From Candidatus Woesebacteria bacterium GW2011_GWB1_39_12 (GTDB lineage Bacteria > Patescibacteriota > Microgenomatia > UBA8517), in NCBI GenBank assembly GCA_000993405.1, contig LBWB01000007.1:8383-72382 (forward strand): a stretch of 64,000 bases of DNA, read 5' to 3'. The translations under genes were made by a program, and so were the position numbers. The stretch's first letter is position 1. Every line of letters begins with the position of its first letter. Below, one piece after another: positions 10,049 through 19,540 of this stretch. The notes under the pieces are model-generated. The model ran no database searches and was not told the origin of the DNA. It saw only the letters and a list, made by a program, of their open reading frames with translations.

Positions 10049-11443
10049 ATGAATAATATAAAAATTTATTTCATCGCGTTACTTCCACTTTTATTGCTTC
10101 TCGCTTCGATTATCTTCCCCCAACCAGTATCAGCAGTGTTAGGTGTTGGGATAGGATCGTTTTATTTAGGAAGTTCAAATAAAACTGAGGGGTCTGGTCG
10201 CTGTGATGTTATGCACTTCAGGCCGGACGGGTGGCAATTATGGAATACTGTAACCACTCTTGGACCCTTGGAAACCAAGGGGTTTGGGAATATTCCTGAA
10301 CTGCCACTAAATCATTATAATAGCCAAATTGTTTGCACTAACGGGACAACCTCAATTATGGGTATTTGGCGAAATCCCACCCAAACTGCTATTGGAGCGT
10401 ACGGAGGTGATCAAGGAGCAATTAATGCCGCCTTTATTCCTGGATTGGTAAAAAATTATTATAATCAGACAAGTAGCGTTTTTGTTTCTGCAGAATTATG
10501 GGACTTGTCACTTCACATATCTTTTTACGATATAAACGGCACCAAAGTCGGTTCCACTTATTTTACAACCGTACCATTTTTAGGAATGGCAGAAATAGAT
10601 TTAAAGGATTACCCTTCTTTACCTGACGGGAGATATTCAGTTGGTATTGGAACGGATGGACTTGATCAATTATTCACAGCCACTGTAGTTACAAGGAATG
10701 TCAGCGGTCCCGATCGGGTAATCGCTTGGCGTGTAGATCCTCTGGGAGGATATAAACTTTACGCACCCAGTGTCAGAAAAAATTATTACGGATATAATTC
10801 CACGCTGGTAATAAATAATTGGACAGATAGCGCAGGATATGTAACTGTTTCTTTATTACCGGGTCCATATTTAGTAAGTTCAGGAAATTTAGCAGGTCAC
10901 GCTACACTTGCACTTAACAGTTCGAATTTTAATATACCGGATGGCGATTATACGGCTGTTGTCACTTCGTCGGGTGCAATGGTCGTTGGGATGAGCTCAA
11001 CTTTTCACTCTACGAATAATTCCCGTGGGGCATATGCTTTGGCATCCCCCACATTTACCTCAAAATACCGAGCATTACCAGCTTTATGGAATTATACCCC
11101 CAATAATGATCCCAGAATTTCATCAGTAAAATGCATGAATACTAGTCAAACCCAGGGAAAAATTAGGTTAACTATTCAGGGCGGGGCATATGCCGAATCA
11201 GGAGATTTGGGCGTTAACCAAGGGCAAGAGTTTGTATTACAGAATATCCCTCAATTTCCACTTCACACCATGTTTGCAGGCTTGGCCGAAAGTATGAGTG
11301 GTGGGACTATTGCTTGTGTAGCCACCTCCAACGTATCCGGCTCGAGTAATGATAGATTCTTCCAATATGAGAGCAATATCTCCAATAATGATAACAACCA
11401 GAATTACTCGTCAAAAATTCTGACTTTATACGACGACCAGTAG
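10049..11443 (+). CDS. Secreted hypothetical protein with an N-terminal signal peptide; N/S/T-rich
   Basis: 464-aa ORF with a hydrophobic signal (IYFIALLPLLLLLASIIFP) and many N-x-S/T sites. A TTGACA...TATAAG promoter-like sequence lies at about 10003-10040. Confidence 0.6.
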   Translation: MNNIKIYFIALLPLLLLLASIIFPQPVSAVLGVGIGSFYLGSSNKTEGSGRCDVMHFRPDGWQLWNTVTTLGPLETKGFGNIPELPLNHYNSQIVCTNGTTSIMGIWRNPTQTAIGAYGGDQGAINAAFIPGLVKNYYNQTSSVFVSAELWDLSLHISFYDINGTKVGSTYFTTVPFLGMAEIDLKDYPSLPDGRYSVGIGTDGLDQLFTATVVTRNVSGPDRVIAWRVDPLGGYKLYAPSVRKNYYGYNSTLVINNWTDSAGYVTVSLLPGPYLVSSGNLAGHATLALNSSNFNIPDGDYTAVVTSSGAMVVGMSSTFHSTNNSRGAYALASPTFTSKYRALPALWNYTPNNDPRISSVKCMNTSQTQGKIRLTIQGGAYAESGDLGVNQGQEFVLQNIPQFPLHTMFAGLAESMSGGTIACVATSNVSGSSNDRFFQYESNISNNDNNQNYSSKILTLYDDQ

Positions 11444-11581
11444 ATCTTAGTTAAGCAAAATGACATCCTCCCCGCTTTAAAATAAGACTGGGTTGTCGTC
11501 ATGAAGAATGTTCGAACCTGGTCCACAGTCCGCAGCCATTCGACTCATTTCATTCACTCATGGCCTTCGGCCCTATAGATA

Positions 11582-11908
11582 ATGTCGAGTGTCTCGAGCG
11601 TAGTCGAGAGAATTTTTCTGATGGAATATTTTCTTTACATTCTCCGAACTTCATCTGACACTCTTTACATTGGCCAAACAAATAATTTAGAAAAACGTCT
11701 AAAAGAACACCAAAGTAAATCCAATAAATCTGCAAAATATATCCGCTATTTTAACTCATTTAATTTAGTTTATTCGGAAAAATACTCAACCAGAAAAGAA
11801 GCAATGCAAAGAGAATGGCAGTTGAAAAAGTGGTCTAGAGAAAAGAAAGAACTATTAATACATGGAACTATAGTCCCAAGCCAAGTCGAGGGGAAAAATA
11901 AGAGTTGA
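11582..11908 (+). CDS. GIY-YIG nuclease-domain small protein (UPF0213/YhbQ-like)
   Basis: YFLYILRTSSDTLYIGQTNNLEKRLKEHQS matches the GIY-YIG motif. The likely start is the ATG near 11621. Confidence 0.65.
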   Translation: MSSVSSVVERIFLMEYFLYILRTSSDTLYIGQTNNLEKRLKEHQSKSNKSAKYIRYFNSFNLVYSEKYSTRKEAMQREWQLKKWSREKKELLIHGTIVPSQVEGKNKS

Positions 11909-12040
11909 TTAATGGTGATAAGATGCATTAAGGAAATCGTAGGTCCCGACCAACCTGCTCAGCATATGAAATACACAATGCATTTACCCGAAAGACCATT
12001 TTATGCAATTAAAAATGGGACTTAACAAGTTGAGGGACGG

Positions 12041-12316
12041 GTGCCGAAGTCCAAAAGGAGCCGATATTTTAAAATCAAATCCGGGGACGCTATCGTTTTT
12101 TTATTAGTGACGGGAAAAGAAAAAGTTTATACAATTGTCCAGTTTGTGCATCATTATCCTGATTTTAGAACAATGCTTCAAAAAGAAGGTCCTAAAAAAG
12201 TTTTATCCAGCGGAGGGAATATTGAGCAAGGTGTGGCAAGCTATAATTCTTTATCAGGATATAAAGAATTGGTTAAAAAATACGGTGTTTTTGCATTCGG
12301 AATTAAAGCGACGTGA
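12041..12316 (+). CDS. Hypothetical small protein
   Basis: 91-aa ORF with no recognisable motif. Confidence 0.35.
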   Translation: MPKSKRSRYFKIKSGDAIVFLLVTGKEKVYTIVQFVHHYPDFRTMLQKEGPKKVLSSGGNIEQGVASYNSLSGYKELVKKYGVFAFGIKAT

Positions 12317-12400
12317 GTAACCCCAAAGGAATGTTCTAAACCCGCTTGCTCAGCCATACGATTTACCGCTCACTTTGTGCTACACTTTTAGTGATTTTCC

Positions 12401-12748
12401 ATGTTAATTTTGACAGTAATATTTGCACAATCAATCAATATACAGCCGGGTGGTCAATTCGGTGGTTTAAATAACATAACGATTGCAAACCTGATAAGCG
12501 CAGGAATTCAGATATTGCTGGTTGTAACCGCCATAATTCTTATTGTTATTCTTGTCGCGGGAGGTATAGCCGTAATGACCTCGGGTGGCGGCGATCCGCA
12601 AAAAAAGGCTGGTGGACAGAAAGCAGTAACAGGTGCGATTATAGGCTTAATGATTGTATTTGGTGCCTGGGCAATTATAAATTTGGTCAATCTTTTCTTT
12701 GGAATAAATATTTTGCAGCTGAATATTCCTAACGCTCAGGCTCCTTAA
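12401..12748 (+). CDS. Small two-helix membrane protein; VirB2/TrbC-pilin-like topology (speculative)
   Basis: 115 aa with a signal-like N-terminus, two long hydrophobic helices and a Gly-rich loop (TSGGGDPQKKAGGQK). Confidence 0.4.
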   Translation: MLILTVIFAQSINIQPGGQFGGLNNITIANLISAGIQILLVVTAIILIVILVAGGIAVMTSGGGDPQKKAGGQKAVTGAIIGLMIVFGAWAIINLVNLFFGINILQLNIPNAQAP

Positions 12749-12762
12749 ACGATCGACATGCT

Positions 12763-13422
12763 TTATCCCAGCCAATTTTCTTTTAGCTTCAGAAGATATG
12801 CGAAGACCTTGTTTCTTCTGGCAAATTTTTTTATGTCTTCCCTCATATGAATTATTCCGGGAAGTACTGAGGCAAAAATTATTACGGCGATTATTGGTAG
12901 GAGATATTTGTCAACATCCGGAATTAAACGCCCAAGATAATATCCTGCAAGTGTCATTCCCGCTCCCCAGAAAAGACCTCCGAATACGTTGTAGCTTATG
13001 AATTTTTTATACTCCATATCTGCCATTCCGGCAACGATTGGGACGAAAGTGCGCACAGCCGGGACAAAACGGGCGAGAATCAATGCCTTTCCTCCGTATT
13101 TGTCATAGAATTTATGGGCGCGTTCAATATATTCTTTTTTGAAGAAAAAACTCTCGCGTCTTTCCATCAGCCATTTTGCGAACTTTCCTCCCATCCAGAA
13201 CCCTGTTGAATCTCCGACAATAGCACCGATGACAACCAGAGGTAATAGAATTTTAATATCAAGAATATTTTGAGACGCTAAAAACCCCGCAGTAAAAAGA
13301 AGTGAATCTCCCGGAAAGAAAAATCCGAAAAATAATCCGCTCTCGGCAAAGATCATAAAAAAGATCCCGGCGTAGCCGATTGTTTTAACAAGCTCGATAA
13401 GGTCAATTCCCAAAAATGACAT
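12763..13422 (-). CDS. DedA/VTT-family membrane protein
   Basis: GYAGIFFMIFAESGLFFGFFFPGDSLLFTAGFLAS matches the DedA/SNARE-associated domain. Confidence 0.75.
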   Translation of the reverse strand: MSFLGIDLIELVKTIGYAGIFFMIFAESGLFFGFFFPGDSLLFTAGFLASQNILDIKILLPLVVIGAIVGDSTGFWMGGKFAKWLMERRESFFFKKEYIERAHKFYDKYGGKALILARFVPAVRTFVPIVAGMADMEYKKFISYNVFGGLFWGAGMTLAGYYLGRLIPDVDKYLLPIIAVIIFASVLPGIIHMREDIKKFARRNKVFAYLLKLKENWLG

Positions 13423-13655
13423 ACAAACTATAATTGTAGGGAACCTTAAATCCTAATACAATGGCATTTGTTATATAATAATCCCAACATGTATCAATAT
13501 GTTAAAGGTTTCTCTTCATCCAAAATCGCGTCCCGGATAGCGGCAAGATCAAAAGTGCATTCATTTCTTGGTCGTTTAAAGTACAGAATTTTTCTCAAAA
13601 AAGTATATGGTAAGAAACAAGATGAAGGTACTATAACGTAATGGTTCCTTATTAG

Positions 13656-14129
13656 CTAAGAGTATTTTTTCTTCTTTTCTTCCAATGCCTTTTCGATAAA
13701 GATAAGTTGGTCTTTGGGAAGAAGGGGAAGGGAATCGAAGGCAAAAAAGGCCGCTTTTGAAACTTCCTTCGAGGGAGTGAATTCTCCTCCTATAAATGTG
13801 CCGACGTAAGTTATATCAAGCCTTGCGCTATCCCTGTCCGTCCTTATCTTTAGTCTTTCATCAGCGCTTACTACTAAACCCGATTCTTCTTTAACCTCCC
13901 TCTCCAATCCTTCTTTGGGGTGTTCTTTGGCTTTAACATAGCCTCCGGGAAGACTCCAACTGTTTGTGTTTCTATAGGTATGTTTGAAAAGAAGTATTTC
14001 GTTACGATCATTCAAAAATATTCCCGTTGCCCCAACCAGGAATTGGTCATTTAGCCTTCGCATTATAAAAAGCTGAAGGTTATAGGGAAGTTTGAGGACT
14101 TTCCAGAAGCTTAGTAATAATCCTTGCAT
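13656..14129 (-). CDS. NUDIX hydrolase
   Basis: Nudix box GGYVKAKEHPKEGLEREVKEESGL. Confidence 0.8.
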   Translation of the reverse strand: MQGLLLSFWKVLKLPYNLQLFIMRRLNDQFLVGATGIFLNDRNEILLFKHTYRNTNSWSLPGGYVKAKEHPKEGLEREVKEESGLVVSADERLKIRTDRDSARLDITYVGTFIGGEFTPSKEVSKAAFFAFDSLPLLPKDQLIFIEKALEEKKKKYS

Positions 14130-14473
14130 TATTGTATTGAGTCTTCATCAAAACCTCGGCCGTTTGTGGCATTTAGTTTAGTATTCTCTAGCTCAAGTTT
14201 GTGAACCATTTTGGTTAGTTCTGCATTTTCTGTCCTCAACTTTTTTAACCCCTTTTTCATATCAGACTCGGTTAGCCTTGCAGATAAATCGCGAGAGACA
14301 TAGATGATAAAAGAAGCTAATAGTCCGACGAGAAGGGGAGTAAGTACAACCAAATAAAGCGGTACGTCGGGAATATAAAATTGACCGAAGTTAAGAGTAA
14401 CGACGTTCGTGTTTTGTGTAGCAAAAATCGCAAATCCTAATCCGAGTATTACTGTAACGATTAGAGTTATCAT
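14129..14473 (-). CDS. LapA-domain (DUF1049) inner-membrane protein
   Basis: N-terminal TM pair with ...NTNVVTLNFGQFYIPDVPLYLVVL... and a C-terminal coiled-coil segment. Confidence 0.55.
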   Translation of the reverse strand: MITLIVTVILGLGFAIFATQNTNVVTLNFGQFYIPDVPLYLVVLTPLLVGLLASFIIYVSRDLSARLTESDMKKGLKKLRTENAELTKMVHKLELENTKLNATNGRGFDEDSIQ

Positions 14474-14518
14474 ATTTTAATAATAACATATGAAAAAAAT
14501 CGATGGAACTTTTTGCCA

Positions 14519-14547
14519 TTGACCCTCTTTACTTCTTTGGTATAATA
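14519..14547 (+). promoter_or_regulatory. Near-consensus sigma70-type promoter (TTGACC, roughly 17 bp spacer, TATAAT)
   Basis: ttgaccctctttacttctttggtataat. The intrinsic-terminator hairpin at 14603-14628 lies downstream. Confidence 0.45.
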
Positions 14548-14602
14548 CGAATGCACATATGGAAAATGGATAGAAACAGATGGTCAATTTCTCGTGCAAC
14601 CC

Positions 14603-14628
14603 ACCCATCTGGTGGGTTTTTTGATTCT
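14603..14628 (+). terminator. Rho-independent terminator-like hairpin (AACCCACC-loop-GGTGGGTTTTTT)
   Basis: aacccacccatctggtgggtttttt. A near-identical hairpin recurs at 17553-17582. Confidence 0.5.
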
Positions 14629-14742
14629 CATCAGGTTGAAGAGCACTTTAACCCCGAATAAAACTTAGCTCGAGCCACGAATTACATTTGTGCTCTCGAG
14701 ATGCGTTTATACGGGGTCTGCAGAGCTCAAATGCCTTGAATT

Positions 14743-14757
14743 TTCGCTCTTTGACAA
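14743..14757 (+). promoter_or_regulatory. boxA-like rRNA antitermination element
   Basis: gctctttgacaa against the boxA consensus GCTCTTTAACAA, about 100 nt upstream of the 16S 5' end. Confidence 0.5.
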
Positions 14758-15016
14758 TTGAAGATTAATTTAGGTTAATAAGCTAATAGCTTATTATTCA
14801 AAATATGGTTGGAAGCGAATCCCATTAATTGCGTAAGCTAATTAATTGGGAACTTTTTGAGGATTTGATCCTGGTCCAGGACGAACGCTAGCGACGTGCT
14901 TTAAGCATGCAAGTAGAGCGAGCCCGCAAGGGCAAGCTGCGAACGGCTGAGTAACACGTAGGAACCTACACTTTGGTGGGGTACAGCTCGCCGAAAGGCG
15001 GGGTAATACCGCATGA

Positions 15017-15204
15017 CCTCGTGCTTTGCACAAGGAAATTACGAATAACACAATAAATTCCAAATAACAAATTACAAACAATTATCAATTAATAAATAAC
15101 AAATAATTAACATTGTTTTTTTCATTGAAAATTGGAACTTGAATTTTGTTTGTATATTGGAATTTGTGATTTGTTACAAGTGATTTTCTCGCGCAGAGTG
15201 CGAG
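15017..15204 (+). repeat. IVS-like quasi-palindromic AT-rich insertion element A1 in 16S (helix 10/V2 region)
   Basis: Bounded by GC hairpins cctcgtgctttgcacaagg and ctcgcgcagagtgcgag. The two halves are complementary (ttccaaat... / ...atttggaa). Same family as the 23S elements. Confidence 0.6.
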
Positions 15205-15809
15205 AAAAGGATGTAACTGTCCGCCGAAGAAGGGGCCTGCGGCCTATCAGCTTGTTGGTGGGGTAACGGCCTACCAAGGCTACGACGGGTAGGGGGCGTG
15301 AGAGCGTGTTCCCCCAGAATGGGACTGAGACACGGCCCATACACCTACGGGTGGCAGCAACTGGGAATCGTGCGCAATGGACGAAAGTCTGACGCCGCGA
15401 CGTCGCGTGTGGGATGACGGCCTTCGGGTTGTAAACCACTTTTGCCAAAGAGTGATTACTTTGGAGAATAAGCACCGGCTAACTACGTGCCAGCAGCAGC
15501 GGTAATACGTAGGGTGCAAGCGTTGTCCGAATTTATTGGGCGTAAAGAGTTCGTAGGCGTTTCCTTACATCTTGTTTCAAATACCGGAGCTCAACTTCGG
15601 GAAGGGGCAAGAGATGGAGGAAATTGGAGAGTGCAGGGGCTACTGGAACTTGCGGTGTAGGAGTGAAATCCGTTGATATCGTAAGGAACACCGAGGGCGA
15701 AGGCAAGTAGCTGGGCACACCTTGACGCTGAGGAACGAAAGCTAGGGTAGCGAAAGGGATTAGAGACCCCTGTAGTCCTAGCCGTAAACGATGCTCGCTA
15801 GGGATTTGC

Positions 15810-16012
15810 CACGCAAAGGATATGTCCTTTGCGGGAATTTCTAAGCACAAATATCTAAATTCTAAGTAATATCCAATTTCCAATTTTCCAAATTCAAAAC
15901 AGACTAAAGTGTTATGTATTTGGAGTTTGGAATTCGAGATATTTGAATTTGTTTAGGATTTCGAATTTGGGATTTAGAGTTTCCACGCAAAAACGACACA
16001 TTTTTTGCGTGG
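15810..16012 (+). repeat. IVS-like quasi-palindromic insertion element A2 in 16S (near position 840, V5 region)
   Basis: Flanked by ccacgcaaagg..cctttgcgg and ccacgcaaaaa..tttttgcgtgg hairpins. The interior is AT-rich with complementary halves. Confidence 0.55.
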
Positions 16013-16070
16013 TGAGTCCCGTAAGCTAACGCGTTAAGCGAGCCGCCTGGGGAGTACGAGCGCAAGCTTA

Positions 16071-16102
<32 letters not shown>

Positions 16103-16398
16103 CCAGTGGAGCATCGCAACCCCTGCCGTATGTTAAATTATTCATACGGGACTGGCCAGCTTAGCTGGCAGGAAGTGGGGACGATGTTAAGTCCGCATGG
16201 CCCTTATGTCTAGGGCAACACACATGCTACAATGGAGCCGACAATGGGTTGCCAAGTGGTAACACGGAGCTAATCCCATCAAACGGCTTCTCAGTTGGGA
16301 TTGAGGGCTGCAACTCGCCCTCATGAACGCGGAATTGGTAGTAATCGGAAATCAGCTAAGTTCCGGTGAATACGTTCTCGGGTCTTGTACACACCGCC

Positions 16399-17278
16399 GA
16401 AATTAAAACGCGCGTGGCAGTCATATTTTCTAACAAGTTAAAATCTTGTCTTTGTTGGATAACTTTAATTGTCTAATGGAGTAGCCAAAAAAATATATAA
16501 GCAGTCCTAGTCGGGTAACTGACTAGGGTGGAGGGCTTGAGGCAAAGAACAGGGATAGAATACAAAAAGATAGACGACTTCTGTTGGGCGGTCAGAAGGA
16601 AGTCGTTTTTACAAATCTTACTATTCATGTTTGGAACAGAAAGTATGATGACCCATGGAGATCCTTACAGGATTGAGGTAATTGCCTGTAAGGAAGTCAG
16701 CTTTTCCATAATAGGTAATTGAGCAAGTCTGACTTGCTTGACATTTTCGGGTTATATTTGTAATCTGAAATTACAATTACTGAAGGGAAAAACGTAAATG
16801 TTATTAACTCCAGATTATATAGTTGGTCTTACTGAAGGGGAAGGATGTTTCTTAGTATGCTTGAGACGCGATAATCGGATTGAATTTCGATTTTTTATAG
16901 CTCAGGCAATAGGGAATAGACCTCTTCTTGAAGAAATTAAAAAGTTTTTCAAAGTTGGAAGTGTTTACCAAAAGTCTAATGTAAAGGGAAAGTTACCGGC
17001 ATATGTCTTTGAAATTTCGAAAAGAGATGACATATATAAAGTACTTATTCCATTTTTTCAAAAAAACAAATTGAAAGGCATTAAATCTAAGTCGTTTGCA
17101 GTTTTTGAAGAAATTGCAAAATTAGTTAAAGGTAGACAAGATAAACGTAAACTAACTTCTGAAGAACTGAACTACATAACCAACTTAAGATTTGGAATGA
17201 ATAAACATTACGGCTCGCTAAGTGCGGAAAAACCGCTCGCTTAGTGGGAACGCGCAATAGCCTTAATGAAGCGCAATC
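16399..17278 (+). mobile_element. Intron in 16S at the site equivalent to E. coli position 1397-1400, carrying a LAGLIDADG homing endonuclease gene; probably group I
   Basis: The conserved tgtacacaccgcc...cgtcaag is interrupted by about 880 nt that contain the 16798..17244 ORF. Boundaries are approximate. Confidence 0.65.
16798..17244 (+). CDS. LAGLIDADG-family homing endonuclease, intron-encoded
   Basis: LLTPDYIVGLTEGEGCFLV matches the LAGLIDADG motif. 148 aa, embedded in the 16S insertion. Confidence 0.75.
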   Translation: MLLTPDYIVGLTEGEGCFLVCLRRDNRIEFRFFIAQAIGNRPLLEEIKKFFKVGSVYQKSNVKGKLPAYVFEISKRDDIYKVLIPFFQKNKLKGIKSKSFAVFEEIAKLVKGRQDKRKLTSEELNYITNLRFGMNKHYGSLSAEKPLA

Positions 17279-17552
17279 CGTCAAGTTAGTGAAGTTGGGG
17301 GCACCCGAATCCCGGATGTTCCGGGGCAAGGTGAAACCAGCGACAAGAATTAAGTCGTAACAAGGTATCCGTTCTGGAAGGAGCGGATGGATCACCTCCT
17401 TTCTAAGGAGTGTGAACTCCGATTAAATCGGAGATTACCCCTCAGTTTTCAGGTCGCAGTTTGCTGATAAACTAAACTGGACTCGCGCCTTCTGCGATAG
17501 TGGGCGTTTCCGACCATATTTTGGAGGCCAACCTAAATTATAAATGTCATAA

Positions 17553-17582
17553 AAAAACCCACCGTTTAAGGTGGGTTTTTTA
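17553..17582 (+). terminator. Terminator-like hairpin immediately downstream of 16S
   Basis: aaaaaacccaccgtttaaggtgggtttttt. It has the same stem as 14603-14628. Confidence 0.45.
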
Positions 17583-18078
17583 GTGGTAGAAATTAATATC
17601 CGAAAGTGTGGGGGCAAACATCCCGACTTCGCTTCCCCGAATTTAACCTCGGGGCGGCAAAGTTGCTTTAGAGGATTTTTAGTTCACCCCCACGCTTCCG
17701 GATACAAAAATAAGTTATATCCTTTCTATATTTATTTTAGCATTTTTAAAGAACCGCCGAGTCAAACTCGGCTGGTGCGTTAGACGCTCCGCACTGTTAC
17801 GGATCGAAAGTATTTCAATCCGTAAGTTGTGCGGCGGATTTAAAAGATTATGGAAAAAAGATGAGTGGTTATTGTGTAGCAGAAGCTACAAAATAATTTG
17901 TTCAGGCGCTTGTGCCCAAACTTCCCATCCCCATATTCTTAATAAATCCTTTGTCCCGATAAAATCGGGACAGCCGCTGTCCCAAGTCAAGCTTGACGTA
18001 AGCCGAGTATGACTCGGGTTGTGCCCCTGAAGTCAGGTTCCTCCTAAGGTCCTTTGGACCTCAGGGGCACTATAAATA

Positions 18079-18336
18079 TTACAAACTTTTCTTCCTCGTG
18101 CTCATAAGAAAAAGAGCAATGAGGATAATAATGACTACGGGCACGCTTATAGATCGCCATGCGTTGGTAGTAAAAAATGGCAGCACATAAGCAGCCCACG
18201 ATTTCCAGCTAAGGAATGAAACTAAAATCCCTAGCCCAAGGAAAATACAAAAAATCTTGTACCCGACACTGTCGGGTTTCCGAACCGGTCTATCGTTCAT
18301 TGCCTTTACTCCTTTTGAAAAAGATTTTTTCCTCAT
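18079..18336 (-). CDS. Small two-TM membrane protein (hypothetical) inside the rRNA spacer
   Basis: 85-aa ORF with two hydrophobic helices. Confidence 0.35.
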   Translation of the reverse strand: MRKKSFSKGVKAMNDRPVRKPDSVGYKIFCIFLGLGILVSFLSWKSWAAYVLPFFTTNAWRSISVPVVIIILIALFLMSTRKKSL

Positions 18337-18853
18337 ACGAGGAGAGAGGGGGGGAAAAGTTTTTTCTTCTCCCTCTTTTTCCTCGCAAGAGGCGAGAAAG
18401 GATTCCTAACACACAAATTTTTAATGTGCTAATTCCGCATTATTGACCCTCAAAATTAATTGAGAATCAAGTGGTGCGGGGGAGAAAGAAAAGATAGATA
18501 GTGGAAAGGGGGTTTTAGGTTGCAATAATAATTGCAAAATAAAATAATGATTTGAACGCAACGTTCAAATCCCCAATTCCTTTTCTTTTCGATCTCCCTG
18601 ATCCGTATTATTGTGTGGCAATCCGCCAGCAAGATGCTTTCGCAATCTCGAGGGCAATTTTGCCTCACTCAACGGATATTTCCGCATTTTCAGGTACCAG
18701 TCGGTACCTGATTTTATTCTTTGTTTTTCTCATCCGAAGATGAGTCTCCCACCAAGCTAAGCTTGGTAAACAAAGAGGGGAGAAGGGGGCGGTACCCTTC
18801 CGAGCTGCGTTTCCAACGCAATTCGGGGTGCTGACCGCCCCATAAGGCTCTAT

Positions 18854-19540
18854 TTATTTGACACGAACAACAATGTTCGCGTCATTTCCTGTTGAGCCAT
18901 CAGGCCCGTGGCCATAGATCGTGTAGGTACCGGGTTCAAGGACGAACCCAAGATATAGCCACCCGATGTGGTGGTTGTCCTTGTTGACCCATACCGCTGG
19001 GGGTTCGAGGGGGATGCAATGCATCCCTTTGGTGCAGATTCGCACCTTCTCGAGGGTCCCAAGCCACGTGATCGTGAGCCCGCCACTACCGCTCGGGTAG
19101 TACGTTGCCCGCTTGGGGGCAACGATTTTTGTGACGTCCTTGTCGGACTTCACATAGACGGGGGGGACGGGGGTGCCGGTCGGAACAGGGGTCGGGTTGG
19201 GGACGGGAGTTGGATCAGGGCAATCAGGGCGCTGAATTTTCAGCTGATCTTTTTCGACGTGAGTCGGATTCGACCATTTAGCCGTCGCATTGACGACTGC
19301 CTGTTTCTGGCCGCCCTGCCAGCTTCCCGACTGGTGATTCCAGTGTATTGAAGCCCCAGAAGGGCTTAACTTGGAAACCCAGGAATCCCAGCCTTGGCAG
19401 TTTGCGTTGCCATCGATCTGAAAAATGTAACCCCCGCCCTTGGCGGACGCTGAATCCGACATAGTGCCGGCCAGCATAACGGTCAGGATTAGAGTGGCGA
19501 CCAGCCACTTTTTAATACGGTTGGCGTTCATTATGAACAC
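18854..19540 (-). CDS. Secreted hypothetical protein with a signal peptide and a Pro/Thr linker (PTPVPNPTPVPTGTPVPP)
   Basis: 228 aa with signal MFIMNANRIKKWLVATLILTVMLAGT. The gene is markedly more GC-rich than its surroundings. Confidence 0.6.
   Translation of the reverse strand: MFIMNANRIKKWLVATLILTVMLAGTMSDSASAKGGGYIFQIDGNANCQGWDSWVSKLSPSGASIHWNHQSGSWQGGQKQAVVNATAKWSNPTHVEKDQLKIQRPDCPDPTPVPNPTPVPTGTPVPPVYVKSDKDVTKIVAPKRATYYPSGSGGLTITWLGTLEKVRICTKGMHCIPLEPPAVWVNKDNHHIGWLYLGFVLEPGTYTIYGHGPDGSTGNDANIVVRVK

Noticed and set aside
15122-15883. ORFs of 79-117 aa on the minus strand inside 16S rRNA
   Set aside because: They lie entirely within conserved rRNA sequence and are typical spurious frames in structured RNA.
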